DNA of 64,000 nucleotides. Source: Candidatus Marinacidobacterales bacterium. GTDB lineage: Bacteria; Acidobacteriota; Vicinamibacteria; Marinacidobacterales; DATDRI01. Below, piece after piece: positions 34,212 through 44,701 of the stretch. The first letter of the stretch is position 1; the number at the start of each line of letters is the position of its first letter. Location of the stretch: positions 1,824,001 through 1,888,000 of the forward strand of contig CBDCNP010000002.1 in the NCBI GenBank assembly GCA_965219415.1, read 5' to 3'. The notes below the pieces were generated by a model. It was not told where the DNA came from. It ran no database searches and was given only the letters and a program-made list of their open reading frames with translations. The translations under genes were made by a program, and so were the position numbers.

Positions 34212-34793
34212 GTGGGATTGTTTGGAAAATCGGAACCGCAAAAACTCAACGTCGTGACCGGTCCCCGCGGTGTTCCGGCCCAGAACGAATCACCATCGGT
34301 CGCGCCGCAAACGTTGATCGGGGCGAAAACGATCATCAGCGGTGAGTTGAACACCAGCGAGGTGCTCCAGATCGAAGGGCGGGTGGAAGGCAAGATCAAG
34401 AGCAGCGGAATGGTTGTAATCGGAGAAGCTGGTCGAGTGAAAGCGAAGGTCGAGGCGGCCAACGTCTCGATACGTGGCAAGCTAGAGGGCGACTGCACGG
34501 CAAGCGACAAAGTTGAGCTCACCCGCACCGGAAAGGTGTTCGGAAATCTCCGCGCCGCACGCATCGCGGTTGCCGAAGGAGCCATCTTCAAGGGGTCGAT
34601 CCAAATGACGGTCAACGAGGAACGCTCCGCTCCTGCTGAACCGGAGGCTGCTGAGCCAGAGGCTGCTGAGCCAGAGGCTGCTGAACCGGAGGCTGCTGAG
34701 CCAGGGGCTGCTGAACCAGAGGTTGCTGAGCCGGAGGCTGCTGAACCAGAGGTCGACGATGGCGATTCGCAATCCAGGGAGTCGCAGCCATGA
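34212..34793 (+). CDS. Bactofilin (polymer-forming cytoskeletal protein) with acidic repeat tail
   Basis: TLIGAKTIISGEL...LQIEGRVEGKI...VVIGEAGRV...IAVAEGAIFKGSIQM; AGGAGG RBS. Confidence 0.9.
   Translation: MGLFGKSEPQKLNVVTGPRGVPAQNESPSVAPQTLIGAKTIISGELNTSEVLQIEGRVEGKIKSSGMVVIGEAGRVKAKVEAANVSIRGKLEGDCTASDKVELTRTGKVFGNLRAARIAVAEGAIFKGSIQMTVNEERSAPAEPEAAEPEAAEPEAAEPEAAEPGAAEPEVAEPEAAEPEVDDGDSQSRESQP
34635..34754 (+). repeat. 8 x 15-bp coding tandem repeat (AEPEA)
   Basis: GCTGA(A/G)CC(A/G)GAGGCT units with few substitutions. Confidence 0.92.
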
Positions 34794-34794
34794 T

Positions 34795-34960
34795 GGTGCT
34801 TGCGCTGTTTACTGTTGGTGATGTATATGCATCCCTTTTCAAAAGAGGCACTTACGCTCCATTTAGCACGCAGCGAAGGTCACGAACGCTATTTTGGCTG
34901 TAATTTAATGCACCGTAGGGTCTTAGTGTCATCTCACCAACACTTAATGGCGGAAGCACC
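34795..34960 (-). mobile_element. MITE-B
   Basis: Begins 1 bp after the bactofilin stop codon. Confidence 0.9.
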
Positions 34961-35202
34961 CTTGAGATTGTCGCCAGCGACGGTAGCCCCTAGGTGGACT
35001 CGACCGGCGTAGCGTGGAAACACAACTTCAGGAACACGCTTCGATATTTTCTCTCGACTAGGTGGTCATCTGCACGGTGGCGACCCGTCCGCCCAAGACG
35101 ATTTATAAGCCGCTCCGGTTGTGAGAGGACTTCCCTCTCTTGCAAAGGCATGTGTGCACATCACCAACAGCAAACAGCGCAAGCACCGCGTCGCACCAAA
35201 CG

Positions 35203-35715
35203 CTAGGTTTCCCCCCACAACGGAAGCCTTGCCATCACAAGGCGAAACGGGACGAGCAGACACCCCGCCGCCAGGAGTTTGACGCCGTAATCGCCCATCG
35301 CCCAGCTCACCCACGGTGTTCCCGTCGCGGCGAAGGCGACGCTGAAGAAGATCACGGTGTCGAGTGCCGAGGCGAGCGCCGACGAGATCAGAGGCGCCCG
35401 CCACCAGCTTACCCGTCGAAGGCGGTCGAAGATGGCAACGTCTGCGAGCTGCCCCATAAGGAAGGCCGTACCAGAGGCCGTGGCGATCCGGGGCGTAGCG
35501 ATGATGGCGGAGAGTCCGACCGCCAGCGCAAATCCCACGTAGACTATACGTCGGGCGGGCTCTGCACCGAGAGCCCGGTTGGTGAGGTCGGTGACCAGGA
35601 AAGCGAAAGGGTACGTGAAGGCACCCCAGGTGAGCCAGTCGTTGATGGGGTACTGAACGGCGACGTTGGACACGACGACGGTCAGCGTCATGGCCAGAAT
35701 AGCGATGGGGTTCAA
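35203..35715 (-). CDS. VUT-family (QueT/YhhQ) queuosine-precursor transporter
   Basis: SNVAVQYPIN.WLTWGAFTYP.AFLVTDL, RIATAS.TAFL.GQLAD..IF..LR, WWRAP; start codon uncertain. Confidence 0.87.
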   Translation of the reverse strand: MNPIAILAMTLTVVVSNVAVQYPINDWLTWGAFTYPFAFLVTDLTNRALGAEPARRIVYVGFALAVGLSAIIATPRIATASGTAFLMGQLADVAIFDRLRRVSWWRAPLISSALASALDTVIFFSVAFAATGTPWVSWAMGDYGVKLLAAGCLLVPFRLVMARLPLWGET

Positions 35716-35820
35716 GTCAACGTTCAGCAGTACACTGAGCTGCTGATTTATGGTCTATTTCAAAAGGTCCGAGTTTTGGCACAGGACGGGGTGGCGGAGG
35801 GTGCAGTCTGGAGCCATCCG

Positions 35821-35866
35821 CGTCGTGTCCAAAAATACAAATTCGTTTGTGTTGTTGGACACGACG
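35821..35866. mobile_element. 46-bp minimal element made of two family-D ends
   Basis: CGTCGTGTCCAAAAATACAAA-TTCG-TTTGTGTTGTTGGACACGACG. Confidence 0.75.
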
Positions 35867-35969
35867 GAATTCGCACGTTCGCAGGCAACAAGAAGACGCC
35901 GAGACGTTCGTCCTCGACATCCATCGGCAAGGGACGAGCGTGCAACCATCCCCGCCATTGAGATAGACG

Positions 35970-37676
35970 CTAAGGCGACAAGGATCCGTAAACTAACTCG
36001 CCGCCGAGCACGGTGGCCACGACCTCGATCTCGTTGATGTCTTCTGCTGGAACGGTGAGTATGTCCTGGCCCAGCACCACGAAGTCCGCGTACTTGCCCG
36101 CCTCGATCGAGCCCTTTTTGTCTTCTTCGAAGCTGGTGTAGGCAGAATGTTGTGTTATCGCGCGGATGGCCTCTTCTCGGGAGATCGCTTGATGAGCTGC
36201 CAGTATCCCGCCACCACCCATCTCGCGGATCACCGCGATCTCGATCTGCATCAGCGGAGCCGAGCGAACGGAAATGGCCTTGTCGGCCCCCAAGGTCATC
36301 ATCACCCCGTTGTCGATCCAGTCCCTGAACCGATAGGTCATTTCGGCCAGCGGCTTTCCCCAGAACTCAATGAATTTGTCTCCGATGATGTAGATGTGCC
36401 TTGGTTGCGCGTTCACGATGAGCTCCAGCCCCTTGATTCGCTCGTACTGGTCGGGCTGCAACAAGATCGCGTGATCGAGCATCCAACGTTTCCCTACGAT
36501 CGAGCTCTGGGCATTCGCATGTTCGAAAGCGTTCAATGCGAGATCGATAGCCGCGTCGCCTACCGCATGAGGACCGGGACGCCAGCCATGGCGAGCCGCA
36601 GCGGCCGCGAATGCATTGAACTGCTCTTGCGGCACGACCGACACACCGTGGTAGTCGGGACGCCCCTTGTACGCACCGCGTAAAAATGCCGACTCTTCCG
36701 CCCCGTCGAGCATCAGCTCGGCCAATCCGTCGGCACGAAACATGCCCTCACCCCATGTCTCGTCCGGAGAACCCAGGGCTTCGAAAACCGTGTCCAGCTC
36801 TGCTTCCGGGGTGTTGGGGTCGACGTTGTAACACCAATCCACGCGGGCGGTGAGCTCGCCTCGGTCATAGATTTCCCGGAGCATCGCGACTTGTTCCTTC
36901 GTACCGCCTGCCTCCCTGAAGCTCGTCATGCCCCAACTGTTGACTCGGCTGATGGCCTGCCGGATCCCGTCGAGCCGCTGCTCTTGAGTTAGCTTGGGAA
37001 CGTATTGGCGTGTCGGATGGTGGGCCGCTTTGAGAAGGAACCCGGTAGGATTGCCTTTCTCGTCCTTCCAGATCTCACCGCCGGGAGGATCGGGTGTGTC
37101 CTTCGTATAGTTGAGGCGTTCGAGAGCCAGGCTATTAGCGATATTGTAGTGCCCCCCTCTAAGGACTACTGGGTTGTCAGGAGACACAGGATCGAGATCA
37201 TGGCGGTTCGGTAGGCGCCTGTCCGAGAGCATGAACTGCCACCAACCACCCTCGCTGAAAAGCCACTCGCCGGACTCGGACTCCGTCACCGCCTTGGCGA
37301 CCACTTCTTGAATGTCGGCGATGGAGGTAACCGAAGTCAGATCCATCGAGGCGGGGAGGTTGAGCCCCATGGTGACCGCATGGGTGTGCGTATCGTGGAA
37401 CCCGGGGAGGACCGTCTTGCCACCTAGATCGACTTGCTTGGTATTCGCGCCGGCCATCGCGCGTACGTCGCTATCGGCTCCGACCACGACGAACTTACCG
37501 TCCTTGATAGCCGCCGCTTCGGCTATGGAAAAGGCTTCGTCCACGGTAAGGATCTTGGCGTTATGGACGACGAGGTCCACCGCTACCCCTTGCGAGGAGC
37601 CTGGATCTTCTTCACCGCATCCCGCCAAGCCCCCCATTCCTGCCACCAAAACGACCAGCTTTACTAAGCGACCCAT
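35970..37676 (-). CDS. Amidohydrolase-3 (YtcJ-like) lipoprotein
   Basis: LAGC lipobox; DLGGKTVLPGFHDTHTH, HAVGDAA, KKGSIEAGKYADFVVL; AGGAGG RBS before 37676. Confidence 0.92.
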   Translation of the reverse strand: MGRLVKLVVLVAGMGGLAGCGEEDPGSSQGVAVDLVVHNAKILTVDEAFSIAEAAAIKDGKFVVVGADSDVRAMAGANTKQVDLGGKTVLPGFHDTHTHAVTMGLNLPASMDLTSVTSIADIQEVVAKAVTESESGEWLFSEGGWWQFMLSDRRLPNRHDLDPVSPDNPVVLRGGHYNIANSLALERLNYTKDTPDPPGGEIWKDEKGNPTGFLLKAAHHPTRQYVPKLTQEQRLDGIRQAISRVNSWGMTSFREAGGTKEQVAMLREIYDRGELTARVDWCYNVDPNTPEAELDTVFEALGSPDETWGEGMFRADGLAELMLDGAEESAFLRGAYKGRPDYHGVSVVPQEQFNAFAAAAARHGWRPGPHAVGDAAIDLALNAFEHANAQSSIVGKRWMLDHAILLQPDQYERIKGLELIVNAQPRHIYIIGDKFIEFWGKPLAEMTYRFRDWIDNGVMMTLGADKAISVRSAPLMQIEIAVIREMGGGGILAAHQAISREEAIRAITQHSAYTSFEEDKKGSIEAGKYADFVVLGQDILTVPAEDINEIEVVATVLGGELVYGSLSP

Positions 37677-37805
37677 GACTCCCCTCCTGAGTTCTAAATC
37701 ACCCCCATAGCATAGAACAAACCCGTTGTGTCCGAAAACACGAACGGCAGGTCTAAAATGCGCAATCAACACTGGATAGACTTTTTGCGGAGCACAGCCG
37801 TGAAC

Positions 37806-37971
37806 GGTGCTTGCGCTGTTTGCTGTTGGTGATGTGTACGTATCCCTTTGCAAAAAAAGTGCTTACGCTCCATTTAGCGCGCGGCGAAGGTCGTGAGCGC
37901 TATTTTGGCTGTAATTTAATGCAGTGTAAAGTCTTAGCGTCATCTCACCAACACTTAATGGCGGAAGCACC
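37806..37971 (-). mobile_element. MITE-B
   Basis: Full reverse-orientation copy. Confidence 0.9.
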
Positions 37972-38255
37972 ATCATTCGTGCCGGACTCATTTGTCGCTT
38001 GAGAAGGACGCGCGCGAGCCTCGCCGCGTAGAGTCGCCGACGATGGGCAAAGTAAGTGCCATTCCAAAGGTGGGTGGTCTCCATCATTATTGCACTCGAC
38101 GCGCTGCTTGAGCCGATCCGCTCGGAACGGCTGCCGGACTTCGCACCAGCTTACACCTCTACCCCTGAGTAGAGCCGACGCCGGCTCTTAAAACGTCCTA
38201 CATGAAGACGACCAAAGCATCCTGGTTGCACGCGGATGAATAAATAGGAGGCACA
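37972..38255 (+). pseudogene. Family-H transposase tail and right end
   Basis: RTHLSLEKDA...KVGGLHHYCTRRAA*; ends GCGGATGAATAAATAGGAGGCACA, the inverted repeat of the 8438 left end. Confidence 0.85.
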
Positions 38256-38463
38256 CCTTCCATGGTTCGCCGATGGACCGCTCTTGGCGTCGTCACCGCG
38301 CAGAAAAAGTTCCAGCGTATCAAAGGCTATCGCCATATGGGCGCTCTCGTTCACGCGCTTAGAAGCAAACAGAAATCTCTTGACAGCGATGAGTTTGCTG
38401 CCTAAGAGTATTCACAGGTGCCGTCGCTACCCGACCAAATTCAACAGCGGTCGGGACATCCCC
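38256..38463 (+). mobile_element. 3' fragment of the IS256 found complete at 59617-61077
   Basis: Near-identical to 60871-61077. Confidence 0.9.
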
Positions 38464-38631
38464 GTCTGCCCGTCAATACGCGATCTTCTTTTTTGCGGAT
38501 CACAACTGTCAAGTTGATGAAAAAGCTAGCAGACCGACCCCCAAGATACTGGGCTCAAGCCCGTGGTGAACCCACCATGCCGGGCATCAGAAACGGCCGT
38601 CAGCCTCAACTTGACAATGCTGGTAAAAAGG

Positions 38632-39051
38632 CTAGGGCGCGGTGGGTAGCAACGCCCAGCCAATGCACCGCTCAGCATCATCAAGCAAACTTGCCGCGGC
38701 GGGGTCCTCAAGCAGTGGTACTCCAAGCCTGACCAGACAACAGGGCAAGTCCAGCTCCGCCGGTAGCTCCGCCGCCAACCAGCGCACGCCCTTCGCTGCG
38801 CCCCCGACCGTCCAGGCCGTCACGCAACGAACCATGACTCGGCGCTCGGTTCCCTCAATGAGCCAGCCCACCGCGCCGGTCCAGGTGTTCCTGATGCTTA
38901 GAAAGTATTCGGTGAATCCGGGCAACGGCATCGCCTGGCCGCTGGTGGCTGCCTTGACGATGGGCCTCAACGCGGCCAGCGTCTCGGGGCGAACATCCGA
39001 GCGTGGAATCTGGGCCATGTGGCCCGTCGATAGGTGGTAGTGGTGTATCAC
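38632..39051 (-). CDS. Hypothetical protein
   Basis: 139-aa ORF with protein-like composition between element ends; no family recognised. Confidence 0.45.
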   Translation of the reverse strand: MIHHYHLSTGHMAQIPRSDVRPETLAALRPIVKAATSGQAMPLPGFTEYFLSIRNTWTGAVGWLIEGTERRVMVRCVTAWTVGGAAKGVRWLAAELPAELDLPCCLVRLGVPLLEDPAAASLLDDAERCIGWALLPTAP

Positions 39052-39177
39052 CCCGCCGGCGAAACAACGCCCAAGGGTAGCAACCCGTTCGCCAACATCT
39101 CCCTCGCCCGTTAGCTGTGCCTTCTATTTATTCATCCGCGCGCACCGAACTTAATTAGTCTCCGGTCTGTCGGCACC

Positions 39178-40389
39178 CGTATGGTGCAAAAACTCAGCCG
39201 GTCATCTTCCGCAGCGGTAAGTGACTTCCGCTACGATGCTTGCGATGAGCACATTGGTCTCGCCACAAATCTTCCTGGTCTCGCTCCTGGCCGGTTGGCT
39301 GAACCAGGAGCAGCAGAAGATCCTTGAGTATCTGCAGGAGGAGAACCGTGTTTTGAAGGCGCAACTCGGTCAGCGGTTACGCTTGAGCGACGAGCAGCCG
39401 ATGGCATCGTGAGCTCATCGCGAGGAAATGGACGTACCCTTGTCGTCAAGCGGGGCGTCCGCCTATCTCGTCGGAAATCGAGGAGTTGGTCGTGCGCATG
39501 GCCAAGTCGAGCCCGTCTTGGGGCTACGACCGAATCCAAGGAGCTATGGCCAACCTCGGCCACAAGATCGCGCCGAACATGGTGAAGCGGCTCTTGAAGG
39601 AGCACGGTATCGAACCGGCACCGCTTCGCCGGCGAAGGACGACATGGGCGCAGTTTCTTCGGAGTCACGGGGACACCCTTGCCGCCGCCGATTCCTTCAC
39701 CACCGAAATCTGAACTCCCACGGGTCTGGTTACGTTCTACGTCTTCTTCGCGATTCAGCTGAAGACCCGCCGGGTCCATATCTCGATACCCACACCAAAC
39801 TCGGACCGAGTCTTCATGAAACAAGTAGCGCTCGACCTTGCCGCGTTCGACGACAGCTTTCTCCGAGGCTACTCGCACCTCATCATCGACCGAGATTCGA
39901 AATACACAACGGAGTTTCGAGAAGTCCTGAAGGAAAACGACGTGGACATTGTCCCGATTCCGACAAAATCTCCGAACTGCAATCCTCACGCGGAGCGCTT
40001 CGTGCGCTCGGTCAAAGAGGAGTGCCTAAACAGGACGGTCTTGTTTGGCCGGAATGCGTTGGAACGCGCTCTCCGCGAATATCGTCTCCATTATCTGCGT
40101 GAGAGGAATCACCAGGGTTTCGGCAACCGTTTGCTAGACGATTTTCCCCAGGACGCGGATGGGCCCAGCGTCGAGTGCCGCAAGCGACTCGGCGGCCTAC
40201 TTCGTTATTACTATCGTGCGGCTTGCCTGAGCAGATACGTTCGAGTGCCGTCCGAGCCGCCCCGTGGGTTTCGTATCGTCGTGGCATTGACCTCGGCTGA
40301 CGGCCCATTGAATCCTCGCGTTCGCGCAGATCCGGTCATCGACCCTCCACGGGCCGACGTCGAGCTCGACGTACTATTTGCACCATACG
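39178..40389 (+). mobile_element. Two-ended rve/IS481-like element (family I) with a broken transposase
   Basis: TIR CGTATGGTGCAAA at both ends; LAGWLNQEQQKILEYLQEEN / WGYDRIQG / AADSFTTEI* / HLIIDRD..AERFVRSVKEECL..ERNHQG..RLGGLLRYY. Confidence 0.88.
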
Positions 40390-40427
40390 GGTCATAGATG
40401 ACAGGCCTCTCCGCTCGCAGCAGGGAC

Positions 40428-40754
40428 TCAACGGGCCCGCTCGATCAGCCGCATCAGGTTCGCGACATGCTGCTTCAGTCGGGTTCGGCCGTTGGTGGTC
40501 AGATGATACCAAGTCACCGGTCGCCGGTCGCGATGGGTCTTCTCGATCGACAGGTAGCCGGCGTCCTCGAGCTTGCGAAGGTGCGTGCCGAGACTGCCGT
40601 CCTTCTCTTCGAGCACCTGCTTCAGGCGACTGAACGACATCGCGTCGTGCTTTGAGAGCAGGACACAGATCGCGAGCCGCACCCGGTGTTCGAGGAGTCC
40701 GTTGAGCGACTCCAACTCGTCGAGACCTGGAATGTCCGGGTCAGTTCGTGGCAT
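40428..40754 (-). CDS. Winged-helix transcriptional regulator
   Basis: EHRVRLAICVLL...FSRLK...DGSLGTHLRKLEDAGY...RPVTWYHLT..GR. Confidence 0.88.
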   Translation of the reverse strand: MPRTDPDIPGLDELESLNGLLEHRVRLAICVLLSKHDAMSFSRLKQVLEEKDGSLGTHLRKLEDAGYLSIEKTHRDRRPVTWYHLTTNGRTRLKQHVANLMRLIERAR

Positions 40755-41312
40755 CGTGCTTCCGTGCTTCAAGAAATGCCTGCACTGTGAGCGCGACGGC
40801 GACGATGACACCGGCGGTGGTCCACACGTACCCAGGCAAGAAGAGCGTGATCAGGTAACAGACGCCGAGCACCAAGCCAATCGGCAAGAGCCGGCGTTCC
40901 AGATGCACACCCGCTTGGAAGTACGTCAAGCTCAGGAGCAGGACCCAAAGCGAATTGAATCCGGACCACTTCAAGTGTCCCGCTGCGACGAGCGCCCCAC
41001 CGAGCAGACCAGCCACCATGAACGCCAGCCAGTGAAGGCTCCAGCGAATGCCCTCCTGACGATCGGCCTGCCCGGCGTGGTGACTTGCCCGCATGCCGAG
41101 CCACACGGAGAGGCAGAAACCGGCTGGCGCCGAGACGACCCAAATACCTACCGATCCATCGGTAGTCGTCGACGAAATCCACCAGCGCGAAGCCGCAGAG
41201 TGCTATTACCGCCCACAGCAGATATATGGACGGGACAAAGATTGGTGTTCGATCGGTCCGCCGCCGCGCGGATGTAGGCGATGTCTTCCTTGAGTTCCTT
41301 TGTGTCGGTCAT
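40741..41312 (-). pseudogene. Membrane protein upstream of the wHTH gene, frameshifted
   Basis: MTDTKELKEDIAYIR start with GGAGG RBS; hydrophobic segments spread over different frames. Confidence 0.6.
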
Positions 41313-41495
41313 GTGTTCCTCCATTTCTGCGTCGATGATGTACTCTCATTCCGATGGTACTCTTAAATATAGAGTATATTATTGGAGCTGTCAATAGGAA
41401 CATCGCTTGTCCTGCTGGACGGGATCAGGGTTGGGAAACGGCCCGAAATGGAGTGATGACGGGAAGCATAGGGCGGATAGTGGTGATAGAGGGGT

Positions 41496-41642
41496 TGTAC
41501 CTTCTATTTATTCATCCGCTAGCCCATGGGTCGGAAGTCAGCCCTGCGGCGCGAAATACCCTGGATTCTGCGCGGATTCCAAGGGCGTCTATGCTGATGA
41601 TTTGTGGTCTATTTCTAAAGGGCCGAGTTTTGGCACAGGACG
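41496..41642 (+). mobile_element. MITE-A
   Basis: Full copy with a few substitutions. Confidence 0.9.
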
Positions 41643-44600
41643 CCGAACGCCAGCGATACCGCCATGGGTATCAAGAACGTTGCCTGCATGCTTCTTTCGA
41701 GCATGAGGGGCAGCAGTCCCGCAAACGTTGTGAGCGAAGTCAAGAGGATGGGGCGAAAGCGCACCACGCCGGCTTGACGGATCGCTGCCGCAAGGTCGTC
41801 CTTGGTCTTACGGTAGCGGTTGATGAAATGCACCATGATCAAATTGTCGTTCACGACCACCCCGGCCAAGGCGACGATACCGAACATGGAGAAGATGGTG
41901 AGGTTCAATCCAAGCAGGAAATGTCCCCAGGCGGCGCCAACAATGCCAAAGGGGATGGCGGCCATGATAATGAGAGGCTGTGAGTAAGACTGCAAGGGTA
42001 TCGCCAGCAATGCGTAAATCAACACCAGCGCGATGGCAAAGCCTCGTTGCAGTCCAGCCAGAGATTCTCGCTGCTCGGCCTGTGCGCCCTCGAGGGAATA
42101 GAAGACACTCGGGTGGTCCGCGACGATATCGGGGAGTATGGTGGCCTCCAGATCGGCGATGATATCTCCCGGGGTCACTTGCAAGGAGTTCACATCCGCG
42201 GTGACGTTCACCGACCGGCGCCGATTCACGCGCTGGATGGATGCGTAGCCCCGTCCCGGGGAAACCTCGGCCACCTGATCGAAGGGCACTTCTTGACCAC
42301 TCGAGGTACGAATACGTAGATTCTCCAGGTCGCCCAACGATCGGCGCTCCTCTTGCGGATAGCGAACCATGACGCGGACATCATCGCGCCCTCGCTGAAT
42401 TCGTTGCGCCTCCTCGCCGTAAAATGCTTGCCGCACCTGCCGCGCCAGATCGGCGAGGGTCAGGCCGAGTACCTCCGCGCGCGGTTGGATCTGCAGCTTG
42501 ATCTCCCGCTTTCCTTCGCGGAAGGAATCCGCGATCTCGTAAACGCCGGCATACTCGGCGAGGCGCAGCTTGAGCTCAGTCGCGGCCGCCCGGAGCTCAT
42601 CCAGATCCGAACCGGTTAGCTCGATGTTGATGTCCTCTCCCGGAGAAAAGAGGGTGGCGTTGAAGGACATCTCAACCGCGTCGGGGATGGGGCCGATGAG
42701 ATCTCGACACCGCTCCGCGAGGGTGGAGCTACTGATGTCCCGGTCTTCGGAGGGGACGAGCTCGATGGTGAATTCGCCAAGGTGAGAGCCCGAGTAATTG
42801 ACCTGCCGTCCCGCGCTCGGTCCCATGGTGTTCTGCGACGTCCGAAAGGGTTGATCGCCCACCGCTGCGTATGAATGGCGATAGAGGTCGGTCCCGAACT
42901 CGTCCTCGAGCTGTTTGCGAAGCGTCGCAGCGGATTGTCGAAGCCGCTCAACGCCTTCCGCCGTCGTCGCAACGGGCGTGCCTTGTGGCATGGTGAGGCT
43001 CGCGGTGATGAAGTCGGCCTCGATCTCGGGAAAATAAATGAACGTTATCCAGCCTCCACCCACCAACCCCAATGTGAGGATCAAGGTGGAAACGCCGGTG
43101 GCCAATGTGAGGTAGCGCCAGTGAAGGGCGCACTCAAGGAACGGCCGGTAAAAGGTGTCGATCTGACGCTCCAAACCTTCCGAGAAGCGTGCGTGCAATC
43201 GTCGCCAAAGCCCGGCGCGGGGTGGATCCACGTGGTTCCTCTTGCTCAGTCGTGAGAGGTGATGCGGAAGGATCCACAACGATTCGACCAGCGAAAACAG
43301 AAGACAGGGAATGACGATGAGGGGGATGGTCCGCATAATCTTACCCATTGTTCCGGGAACCATGAGCAGGGGCATGAACGCGGCTATCGAGGTCAGCACC
43401 GCGAAGATGACCGGCGTCATGACGGCCTTCGTACCTTCGATCGCGCCTTCGAGACCCTGATGAGAGGCCTGCTGATGGGTGTAGATGCTCTCGCCGACCA
43501 CGATCGCGTCATCGACAACGATCCCCAAAACGACAATGAAAGCGAAGGCGGAGATCATGTTGATCGAGACGTCGAAGGTCGGCATCAACCAGATGGCGCC
43601 CAAGAAGGAGATGGGAATTCCGAGGCTCACCCAGAATGCCAAGCGAAATCGCAGGAAAAGAGCGAGGGTAAAGAACACCAGGACGAAACCCAGGCGTCCG
43701 TTCCGAAGCATTAAGTCGAGACGGTCGCGAAGCGTCTTCGAGGTGTCGCCCCACGTTGTAAGAGTGATTCCGGCGGGCATGTTGCGTTGCGCGTCGGTGA
43801 CGTAGGTATTCACTTTGTCGGCGATGTCCAGTGCGCCTTGTTCACCGGTGCGATAGGTACGGATGATCATCGTCGGTTGGTCGTCGAAGAAGGAGGATTG
43901 ATCGGTTTCGGCGAAACCGTCGTTCACCCGGGCGACATCACCCAGACGTAGATGAGTGCCGTCAGGATGGGTGATGAGAACGAGATCTTCGAACTCCCGT
44001 TGGCGGTACGCCTGCCCCTTGGCACGCAGCAGAATTTCTCCTCCGCTGGTTTTGACCGAGCCGCCGGGCAAATCGAGAGAAGAGCGTCTCACCGCGTCCG
44101 CCACCTGGCTGAATGTCAGCCCGTGCCGCCGCAAATCGCGCTCCGAGACTTCGATCGAGATCTCGTAGGGACGCGAGTTGACGAACTCGACTTGGCTGAT
44201 TCCGGGAATCGCGGTGAGCTCGTCCCTTACCTGCTCGGCTAGGAATTTGAGCGTCGATTCGTCGGCATCGCCCCACAGCGCAATGTCGATGACCGGCCGG
44301 CGGGTAGTGATCTCCTGGATCACCGGCTTTTCGGTCTGCTCGGGGAAGGTAATGATGGCGTCGACTCTCGATTTGACGTCATCCACGACTTTGCGCGTAT
44401 CGGCACCGAGCTCGAGCTCGATGACGACTTTACCCGAGCCCTCGTTGGCGGTCGAGGTGATTCGCTTGATGCCATCGAGTCCTTGGATCGCCTCTTCGAT
44501 GCGCGTGCAGACTGCTTCTTCGACTTCTTCGGGCGCAGCTCCGAGGTACTCGACGGAGACGGTGATCAAGTCGAGAGAAAACTCGGGCATCACTTCTTGC

Positions 44601-44701
44601 TTGAGGTTGAAAATGGTGAGGAATCCACCCAACACGATCAAGATCATCATCAAGTTCGCGGCGACGCCGTTGCTGGCAAACCATTCGACGGTTCGATTCA
44701 T
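41615..44701 (-). CDS. RND efflux permease (AcrB/AcrD/AcrF family), last helix truncated by MITE-A
   Basis: GIVVDDAIVVGE, GVVVNDNLIMV, RFRPILLTSLTT, PMAVSLAFGV then MITE-derived LCQNSAL*. Confidence 0.92.
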   Translation of the reverse strand: MNRTVEWFASNGVAANLMMILIVLGGFLTIFNLKQEVMPEFSLDLITVSVEYLGAAPEEVEEAVCTRIEEAIQGLDGIKRITSTANEGSGKVVIELELGADTRKVVDDVKSRVDAIITFPEQTEKPVIQEITTRRPVIDIALWGDADESTLKFLAEQVRDELTAIPGISQVEFVNSRPYEISIEVSERDLRRHGLTFSQVADAVRRSSLDLPGGSVKTSGGEILLRAKGQAYRQREFEDLVLITHPDGTHLRLGDVARVNDGFAETDQSSFFDDQPTMIIRTYRTGEQGALDIADKVNTYVTDAQRNMPAGITLTTWGDTSKTLRDRLDLMLRNGRLGFVLVFFTLALFLRFRLAFWVSLGIPISFLGAIWLMPTFDVSINMISAFAFIVVLGIVVDDAIVVGESIYTHQQASHQGLEGAIEGTKAVMTPVIFAVLTSIAAFMPLLMVPGTMGKIMRTIPLIVIPCLLFSLVESLWILPHHLSRLSKRNHVDPPRAGLWRRLHARFSEGLERQIDTFYRPFLECALHWRYLTLATGVSTLILTLGLVGGGWITFIYFPEIEADFITASLTMPQGTPVATTAEGVERLRQSAATLRKQLEDEFGTDLYRHSYAAVGDQPFRTSQNTMGPSAGRQVNYSGSHLGEFTIELVPSEDRDISSSTLAERCRDLIGPIPDAVEMSFNATLFSPGEDINIELTGSDLDELRAAATELKLRLAEYAGVYEIADSFREGKREIKLQIQPRAEVLGLTLADLARQVRQAFYGEEAQRIQRGRDDVRVMVRYPQEERRSLGDLENLRIRTSSGQEVPFDQVAEVSPGRGYASIQRVNRRRSVNVTADVNSLQVTPGDIIADLEATILPDIVADHPSVFYSLEGAQAEQRESLAGLQRGFAIALVLIYALLAIPLQSYSQPLIIMAAIPFGIVGAAWGHFLLGLNLTIFSMFGIVALAGVVVNDNLIMVHFINRYRKTKDDLAAAIRQAGVVRFRPILLTSLTTFAGLLPLMLERSMQATFLIPMAVSLAFGVLCQNSAL

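Noticed and set aside
37677-37853. N-terminal extension of the amidohydrolase in the 627-aa ORF call
   Set aside because: The extension runs through MITE-B and C/F ends; RBS and lipobox support a start at 37676
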